26,674 bases of DNA, from the NCBI GenBank assembly GCA_965612795.1, contig CBFDTI010000010.1, positions 1 through 26,674 on the forward strand, written 5' to 3'. Made by a program: the position numbers and the translations under genes. This DNA is from an uncultured bacterium. GTDB taxonomy: Bacteria > Hydrothermota > UBA3073 > NMUJ01. Positions 20,316 to 26,674 of the stretch are shown piece by piece (the first letter of the stretch is position 1; every line of letters begins with the position of its first letter). The notes under the pieces are model-generated. The model was not told where the DNA came from, made no database searches, and saw nothing but the letters and a program-made list of their open reading frames with translations.

Positions 20316-22360
20316 TCGATCTTCGCAACATCCGCAATATTAGCATTATTGCGCACATAGACGCAGGTAAGACGACAACTACTGAACGTATCTTATACTA
20401 TACCGGCAAGATACAGAGGATGGGTGATGTCGACGAAGGTACCGCTACTATGGACTATTGGGAACAGGAGCGTGAACGTGGTATCACAATAATTGCAGCC
20501 ACCACCACATGTTATTGGCGTGATACACGTATAAATATTGTTGATACACCAGGTCATGTGGATTTCACTGCAGAGGTGGAGAAGTCATTAATGGTGATCG
20601 ATGGTGCCGTGGTTATCTTCAGTGCAGTTGAGGGGGTTGAGTCACAATCCGAAACTGTTTGGTATCAAGCTGATCGCCACAATTTGCCACGTTTGGTCTA
20701 TATCAACAAACTCGATCGCATAGGCGCAGATTACGAATCCGTTATAAAGATGATGGAGGAGCGTCTCAATATCGTAACATTACCGTTACAGTTACCAATA
20801 GGTAAAGAAGCTGAATTTCATGGTGTGGTCGACCTCGTATCCGAACGTGCACTTATTTGGCAGCTGGGTACTGATGGTTCACAGTATGATGTAACAGATA
20901 TACCGGAACCCTTTATTTCCGAAAGCAAGGTGGCACGCGAAGAGTTAATCGAGAAGCTAGCCGATCTAGACGATGAGTTTGCTGAACTATACCTCGAAAA
21001 GGGTGAAATATCACCAACCTCCATCAAACATGCTATCCGACGTGTAACCCTATCTACAAAGGCGTTCCCGGTATATCTTGGTGCATCGTTACGTAACGTA
21101 GGGGTGCAACCATTACTCGACGGTATAGTCGACTATCTACCATCGCCGGTCGAACGTCCTCCGATAAAAGGTGTCTCAATCAAAACTCACAAGGAGGTAG
21201 AACGTGCACCCAACCCTGAAAGCGCATTTCTGGGCAAAGTATTCAAGATACAGGCTACCCCACACGGTGATCTCGGTTACCTGAGAATTTATGCAGGTAA
21301 GTTAAAAAAGGGCGATGTGGTGCTAAACACTACACGTAACGTAAAAGAAAGGATTTCACAGATATTTCTATTGCATGCGAATGAACGTACACCTGTCAAA
21401 GTAGCCCATACAGGTGAAATAGTAGGGATAATGGGTATCAAAGCAACCCGTACGGGGGATACACTTGCGGCACCATCCAGCCCCATCGTGCTGGGTAGTA
21501 TGAAGTTCCCCGATCCCGTCATCTACGTCAGTATAGAGCCTAAGACACTTGCTGAAGAGAGTAAACTCGAGTCCGTACTCGAAAGGTTGGTACATGAAGA
21601 CCCAACCCTTAGGGTGCGGCTGGATGAGGAGACTGGCCAACGTTTACTCGAAGGTATGGGTGAGCTACACCTTGAGGTGATCATCGAACGCTTGCGACGT
21701 GAGTTTAAGCTCGACGTACGTACTGGTAAACCACAGGTAGCGTATCGTGAGACTATCACTGAAACTGGTACAGGGGAAGCTAAGGTTGATCGTGACGTCG
21801 GCGGTAAACACCACTACGCATATGTGAAGCTGCAGGTGGAACCACTACCACGTGGCGAATACTTTGCATTTGTGAACCAAGTACCTGATATACCTGCAAC
21901 CTTTTTAAACGCAATCGAACGTGGTATACGTGAAAATATGGGGGTGGGCCCGCTCGCCGGTTATCCGGTTATCGATGTAAAAGCTACGTTGGTAGGGGTT
22001 GATATACATCCAACAGATTCAAGTGAACTTGCCTTCCTTGAGGCGAGTGCACTCGCATTTAGGAAAGCACTCGGTACCGCCAAACCGATCCTGCTCGAAC
22101 CCATCATGAAGCTCGAAATAATTATACCCATGGAATATCTCGGTGTGATATTGGATGACCTCAATGCACGTGGTGGCAAAATAAAAGTGATGGAAAATCG
22201 TGGCCCCCACTATGTGGTTATAGCCACATGTCCGTTACGTAAGCTGTTTGGCTACGCAACAACTATAAGGTCGCTAACCCAGGGTAGGGGAATCTATATG
22301 ATGGAGTTTGAAACGTACGAACCACTAACCGAAAGCATACCGGGGTTAACAACTACATAG
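20312..22360 (+). CDS. fusA: Elongation factor G (divergent, possibly EF-G2/recycling type)
   Basis: [61 protein letters not shown] and LLEPIMKLE; located in the str operon. Confidence 0.93.
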   Translation: MIDLRNIRNISIIAHIDAGKTTTTERILYYTGKIQRMGDVDEGTATMDYWEQERERGITIIAATTTCYWRDTRINIVDTPGHVDFTAEVEKSLMVIDGAVVIFSAVEGVESQSETVWYQADRHNLPRLVYINKLDRIGADYESVIKMMEERLNIVTLPLQLPIGKEAEFHGVVDLVSERALIWQLGTDGSQYDVTDIPEPFISESKVAREELIEKLADLDDEFAELYLEKGEISPTSIKHAIRRVTLSTKAFPVYLGASLRNVGVQPLLDGIVDYLPSPVERPPIKGVSIKTHKEVERAPNPESAFLGKVFKIQATPHGDLGYLRIYAGKLKKGDVVLNTTRNVKERISQIFLLHANERTPVKVAHTGEIVGIMGIKATRTGDTLAAPSSPIVLGSMKFPDPVIYVSIEPKTLAEESKLESVLERLVHEDPTLRVRLDEETGQRLLEGMGELHLEVIIERLRREFKLDVRTGKPQVAYRETITETGTGEAKVDRDVGGKHHYAYVKLQVEPLPRGEYFAFVNQVPDIPATFLNAIERGIRENMGVGPLAGYPVIDVKATLVGVDIHPTDSSELAFLEASALAFRKALGTAKPILLEPIMKLEIIIPMEYLGVILDDLNARGGKIKVMENRGPHYVVIATCPLRKLFGYATTIRSLTQGRGIYMMEFETYEPLTESIPGLTTT

Positions 22361-22387
22361 TTGACAATTACGTCTATCCCACAATTT
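22361..22387 (+). promoter_or_regulatory. Putative leaderless promoter of the second GT4 gene
   Basis: TTGACA directly after the fusA stop (22361-22366), N15, CAATTT (22382-22387), N6, ATG (22394). Confidence 0.6.
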
Positions 22388-22393
22388 TCTAAG

Positions 22394-23539
22394 ATGGTTC
22401 CTTACATCCGAAATAAGAGATTGCGAATCCTGGTAATTAATTGGCAAGATAGAAATAACCCACTTTATGGAGGAGCAGAAGTGCATCTTCATGAAATATT
22501 CAGTAGAATCGTACAATACGGACATGAGGTTACCTTATTGTGTAGTTCGTTCCCCAGTGCGAAAAGAGTAGAAGTGATCGATGGCATAAAAGTATTACGT
22601 GTAGGTAAACGCTATAATTTCAATTTCTGTGTACCTATGGTCATAAAGCGCCTTCTGAGAAAGAAGCGATACGACGTTGTTGTAGATGATATAAATAAGA
22701 TCCCTTTTTTCACCCCCTTATACATAAAACATATCCCCATATTAGCGATCTTACATCATCTTTTTGGATGCAGCATCTATAGGGAATTAAACCCTATTCT
22801 CGCCACATATGTGAGGTTAGGCGAGAAGCTAATCCCTCTGGTTTATAGGAATGTGGTCTTCTCAGTCGTATCTGAAAGCACCAAAAACGAGCTTGTAAAA
22901 TTAGGGATACCAGAAAAAAACGTTTTCATCATTTATAACGGTATCCCCAAAGAACTAAAACCCGATCCTCTCAAAAAGTCGGCAACACCTCTTATTCTGC
23001 TATACGGTAGGGTCAAAAGGTATAAATGTCCCGAATTTTGTCTGTATGCGATGAAGAAGGTGATCGCTCACATACCGGATGTAAAGCTTGTTGTTATGGG
23101 GACGGGTGACTATTTGCCAGCCCTTATGAGGTTATCCCAAAAGTTGCAGTTACATGAACACGTGGAATTCTTAGGATACGTACCTGAAGATGAAAAGCTA
23201 AAAGTTCTACAGAGCAGTTGGGTGATGGTAAACACTTCTTCACGAGAAGGTTGGGGCATCTCTGTAATAGAGGGGAACGCATGTGGTGTTCCTATCATAG
23301 CGAGTGATTCACCCGGCCTTCGTGACGCAGTAGTTCACGGGAAAACGGGCTTCCTTGTGAAACATGGCGATATTGAAGAATTAGCTCAAAAGATCATATT
23401 AATTCTGAAAGACAAGCAGCTGCGGGAGAAATTATCCCAAAATGCATTGGAGTGGGCTTCCCAATTTGATTGGGAGAGGGCTGCACGTGAAACACTAGAC
23501 CTTATAGAGTACACGATATCCAAGTCCCGTAGTAATTAA
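22394..23539 (+). CDS. Glycosyltransferase family 4
   Basis: RILVINWQD..NP..GGAE, VSESTK, YGRVKRYK, SSREGWGISVIEGNACGVP and PGLRDAV..GKTG. The start is moved from TTG 22361 to ATG 22394. Confidence 0.92.
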   Translation: MVPYIRNKRLRILVINWQDRNNPLYGGAEVHLHEIFSRIVQYGHEVTLLCSSFPSAKRVEVIDGIKVLRVGKRYNFNFCVPMVIKRLLRKKRYDVVVDDINKIPFFTPLYIKHIPILAILHHLFGCSIYRELNPILATYVRLGEKLIPLVYRNVVFSVVSESTKNELVKLGIPEKNVFIIYNGIPKELKPDPLKKSATPLILLYGRVKRYKCPEFCLYAMKKVIAHIPDVKLVVMGTGDYLPALMRLSQKLQLHEHVEFLGYVPEDEKLKVLQSSWVMVNTSSREGWGISVIEGNACGVPIIASDSPGLRDAVVHGKTGFLVKHGDIEELAQKIILILKDKQLREKLSQNALEWASQFDWERAARETLDLIEYTISKSRSN

Positions 23540-23556
23540 TAGTGCAACCCGTTACT

Positions 23557-24273
23557 TTATGAGTTTGGTAGTGTGTCACGTTTATGGAGTAATATCACAT
23601 TCGTCCATTTATTATGGTATTTCAACATCCTATGGGGAGGGTCAGCTTCGTACCAGAAGTAGTGACTGGTACGGTTCACACGTAAGCAAATTTTGATACC
23701 TTCCTTAACTCCGTACGATAGGGTTACAGGTTCGGTATCACATACCTCGATACTTACGGGTACAAACCGTGCCGCAAATGTGCTCATCAGATAAAAGCGT
23801 GCTTTATAGCCGGTGTAATAAGGTATGGTACGTAATAGGTGGTAGATCTCCTCGTTATCATAGATGGGGCGCCTTATGTGGATGATACGTTCACGCGATC
23901 CAGTGGATGGTACCATTCGCACGACGACTTTTGATGTACCATATTTGGCCTCGACAAGTAGCGGGTTCTTGCCACCTGTCAAATATTTATGACATAGGAG
24001 TGGATTAAGCAAACTATCGAGTACCAAATATGTACTATCACGTAAGGTGACTGTATCTTCTCTGATGTTTACCAAACTGGTAATTTTATAACCACCATCT
24101 ATGCTCTCTATGGTAGTTGACATACTGCCGATCACTGTATCATGGCGTATTATCTCGTAATTGGAGTGCTCAACTTTCGTCCATGGTATACGCTCTATGT
24201 TTACTCCTTCATAATGAGGAGGCTCGCACGCAATAAAAATCGACATTATTACTATAGGCCACAAATTCTTCAT
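23557..24273 (-). CDS. Putative lipoprotein, DUF3108-like beta-rich protein
   Basis: Signal peptide with lipobox (MKNLWPIVIMSIFIA-C) and beta-strand-rich sequence, with YDNEE.Y.LLR.IP and a C-terminal FWYE....RMLKY. The family assignment is tentative. Confidence 0.65.
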   Translation of the reverse strand: MKNLWPIVIMSIFIACEPPHYEGVNIERIPWTKVEHSNYEIIRHDTVIGSMSTTIESIDGGYKITSLVNIREDTVTLRDSTYLVLDSLLNPLLCHKYLTGGKNPLLVEAKYGTSKVVVRMVPSTGSRERIIHIRRPIYDNEEIYHLLRTIPYYTGYKARFYLMSTFAARFVPVSIEVCDTEPVTLSYGVKEGIKICLRVNRTSHYFWYEADPPHRMLKYHNKWTNVILLHKRDTLPNS

Positions 24274-24279
24274 CGATTT

Positions 24280-24306
24280 AAAATAATCAATTCATACGAT
24301 CATCAA
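24280..24306 (-). promoter_or_regulatory. Putative leaderless promoter of the lipoprotein gene
   Basis: Minus strand reads TTGATG (24306-24301), N15, TATTTT (24285-24280), AAATCG, ATG (24273). Confidence 0.65.
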
Positions 24307-24315
24307 CTCGATATA

Positions 24316-24342
24316 TTGACACAAAACCAAAAATGATAGCTT
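24316..24342 (+). promoter_or_regulatory. Putative promoter of the C25 peptidase gene (leadered)
   Basis: TTGACA (24316-24321), N15, TAGCTT (24337-24342). Strong SD AAGGAGGT at 24393-24400. Confidence 0.65.
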
Positions 24343-24403
24343 TAAAAGTGTGTGGAACGTATCATATTTTGAAATAGGGTGATACAGGGTGTAAGGAGGT
24401 ACT

Positions 24404-26674
24404 ATGGGATGGCTCGTTTTGATATTCTTTGTCATCACAAGTAGTCCTGTGGGAGGTTGGATCCCATTAGCTGACAAGCCAGCCTCTTCGATGGAGGTTA
24501 TGCTTGTCAAGTCAGACATGGATGAAGTTGTGTTAGAGGTTGAAGTTCCGGCGCTCAAGTACGAGTATGTGGATACCAAAGCTGGTAAGTTTACCCGTTT
24601 GTATGGAGGTACAGGTGTAACAGGTAAGATAGGTAGACCCGAACTACCGCTTATCCGTAAGCTTGTGAGTATACCCGAAGCTGCTGATGTGAAGGTTGAG
24701 CTACTAAATATGGAAGTAGCTGAATATTCGCTTGAAGAGCTGGGGCTCAAATACCCAATATATCCGGTACAACCTCCAGTACCTAAGCTACCAGGTGCCA
24801 AAGAGAATATGCCATTTGAGTATGATGTTATAGCGTATACAACCGATAAGTATTTCCCCGATAAGGTATGTGAGTTAGGTGAAATCGGTGCAATAAGAGG
24901 TGTACGCTATGTGAGACTGGATATCACGCCTGTGCAATACAATCCCGCTAAGAGCACACTTAAGATTGTGAAGAAAGTAACCATCAAGCTGATATTCACA
25001 GGTGCTGACCTGAACCATACCAGGATACGGAGGGAGCGTTACGCATCACCGTATTTCGATGCTATCCTAAAGAAGGTGATCGTAAACTATGAACCCATCA
25101 AGGGTGTACCACCATTGCCGGTAGGTTACCTGATCATCGTATACGACGATTTCTACGATAACATACAGCCGTTGGTTGAGTGGAAAAAGAAAAAGGGGTT
25201 CCATGTGATAGTAACAAAAACCTCAGACATACCCGGTGGTGCTACCGTACAAAATATTACCAACTATATACGGGATGCGTATGAGGATTGGGACATACCT
25301 CCTACATTTTGTTTGTTAGTGGGTGATGTTGGTCAGATACCTGCACATACAGGTGATGAGACCGGATACGTAACCGATTTGTACTACTTTACGGTAGATG
25401 GTGAGGACTTTATACCCGATATATTCTATGGTAGGTTCTCGGGGTCTACTGACACGCATATCGATGCTATGGTGGATAAGCTTGTTGAGTACGAACGTAA
25501 CCTATGGACACAAGGTACGGAATGGCTTAGTAGGATGTACTTCATGACATCAGATGATGGGGGGCATCATCACGAAGTTGAATACATCTGTAACGTCTGT
25601 ATGGCTATAGCACGTGAGCATGGGGTGATATGTGACTCACTGTATTGGTATTACCAGTCGGGTACTCCGATAGCTACCGCAATTAATGAGGGTAAGACAT
25701 TAGCACTGTATACTGGACATGGTAGCACAACAGGTTGGGCTGGCCCACCATTCTCGCAGTCCGACGTCAATGCGTTGGAAAATCTCGACAAATATCCATT
25801 CGTCGTCGGGCATGCATGTGTTACAGGTAATTTCAGTTATCCAGAATGTTTTGCCGAAACCTGGACACGTGCACAAGATAAAGGTGCAGTAGCGTATTTT
25901 GGGTCCGCACCCAGCACTTATTGGGTATGGGATGATACCTTACAGATAGGGTGGTTCCGTCCATTATTTATCGAACCGACAACTACATTCATAGGTGGGG
26001 CGACACAGCTTGGCCTTTACAATGTGTATGAATGGGGTGGCAATGGTTGGACCACCGTCCAATACTACTACGAAGCATATCACGTATTTGGTGATCCATC
26101 CATGGATCTCTACACCTCAGAACCTACCGAATTTGCTGTAAGCTACCCCAACATTCTACCTTTAGGGGCATCAAGCTTCACAATAAATGTAGATACGGAT
26201 TCGGCGCTCGTCGCTCTATACATGGACGGTATCCTCTATGGGGTAGCGTATTCGAGTGACGGTCATGCAGTGGTGGAGCTCAACCCACCACCCACACAAC
26301 AGGGTTATATGTATATCACCATTACTAAGCATAACTATGTAACTTATGAAGATTCGGTACTTGTTGTGCTACCCGGCAATATAGAGGTAGAACCTGACAC
26401 GATACCGGTGGCACAAACGACAGAAGTTACGGTCACAGTAACCGATACAGCAGGTGCACCATTACAAGATGTATGGGTAAGGATAAATGGTTGGGGTGTA
26501 AGTGTAGAAGGGTATACGGATTCGGACGGTCAGGTTATGTTCTCGATCTTTCCACCATACGGTGAACCGTTAGTATTAAAGGGTAGAAGGCCAGGTGAGA
26601 CGTTCGATGTGTTCACCGATACGATATGGGTTATAGGTGCAACCAGCTTCACCGCAGACTGTGAGGTTGAGGTA
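24404..26674 (+). CDS. Gingipain-like peptidase family C25 precursor (propeptide, catalytic and Ig-like domains), 3'-truncated by the window
   Basis: Translated by hand; the frame is open for 757 codons to the window end. MGWLVLIFFV..., propeptide motifs GRPELP and PVQYNP, then YLIIV...LVEWKKKKG, LLVGD, TDLYY, PDIFYGRF, catalytic YTGHG (His at 25718-25720), HAC (Cys at 25817-25819), CFAETW, GAVAYFG, FGDPS and ITITKHNY. Confidence 0.92.
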   Translation, partial: MGWLVLIFFVITSSPVGGWIPLADKPASSMEVMLVKSDMDEVVLEVEVPALKYEYVDTKAGKFTRLYGGTGVTGKIGRPELPLIRKLVSIPEAADVKVELLNMEVAEYSLEELGLKYPIYPVQPPVPKLPGAKENMPFEYDVIAYTTDKYFPDKVCELGEIGAIRGVRYVRLDITPVQYNPAKSTLKIVKKVTIKLIFTGADLNHTRIRRERYASPYFDAILKKVIVNYEPIKGVPPLPVGYLIIVYDDFYDNIQPLVEWKKKKGFHVIVTKTSDIPGGATVQNITNYIRDAYEDWDIPPTFCLLVGDVGQIPAHTGDETGYVTDLYYFTVDGEDFIPDIFYGRFSGSTDTHIDAMVDKLVEYERNLWTQGTEWLSRMYFMTSDDGGHHHEVEYICNVCMAIAREHGVICDSLYWYYQSGTPIATAINEGKTLALYTGHGSTTGWAGPPFSQSDVNALENLDKYPFVVGHACVTGNFSYPECFAETWTRAQDKGAVAYFGSAPSTYWVWDDTLQIGWFRPLFIEPTTTFIGGATQLGLYNVYEWGGNGWTTVQYYYEAYHVFGDPSMDLYTSEPTEFAVSYPNILPLGASSFTINVDTDSALVALYMDGILYGVAYSSDGHAVVELNPPPTQQGYMYITITKHNYVTYEDSVLVVLPGNIEVEPDTIPVAQTTEVTVTVTDTAGAPLQDVWVRINGWGVSVEGYTDSDGQVMFSIFPPYGEPLVLKGRRPGETFDVFTDTIWVIGATSFTADCEVEV

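Noticed and set aside
24376..24392. AGGGTG direct repeat in the C25 peptidase leader
   Set aside because: Only two 6-mers next to the SD, with no convincing riboswitch or attenuator fold.
24292..24801. 169-aa minus-strand ORF, plus the other short nested or antisense ORFs in the track (for example 363-797, 4726-5337, 17799-17990, 17922-18119)
   Set aside because: They are shadows of well-supported genes or tRNAs, with Ser/Thr/Pro-biased sequence and no recognisable motifs.

Overview
Gene-dense bacterial chromosomal window (roughly mid-40s % GC by eye) with no mobile element, CRISPR array or prophage visible. The gene content suggests a diderm anaerobe that ferments peptides; an FCB-related lineage such as candidate phylum WOR-3 is my inference, not a result. 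Genes in order: V/A-type ATPase subunit A, rph, rluD-like, miaB, GT4 (+); iorA (-); XRE regulator, membrane protein, hypothetical, tatD (+); porA-like, metallopeptidase/PD40/Omp85 fusion, membrane protein, dnaE (-); tRNA-Gly, tRNA-Leu, obg, DUF488, rpsL, rpsG, divergent fusA, GT4 (+); lipoprotein (-); and a gingipain-like C25 peptidase (+) that runs off the window end and is missing from the ORF track. The most striking unannotated signal is a promoter grammar repeated at 11 transcription-unit starts: TTG(AC)n-N15/16-TAnnTT, never with the canonical 17-bp spacer. At six genes the TTG lies exactly 33 nt before the ATG, which points to widespread leaderless mRNAs. Other points of interest are broken-up multi-subunit operons (orphan ATPase A, iorA and porA; str operon without tuf), an EF-G lacking the domain IV loop I motif, tandem palindromic XRE operators, two CCA-less tRNAs 1 nt apart, very short signal peptides and CACGTG enrichment.
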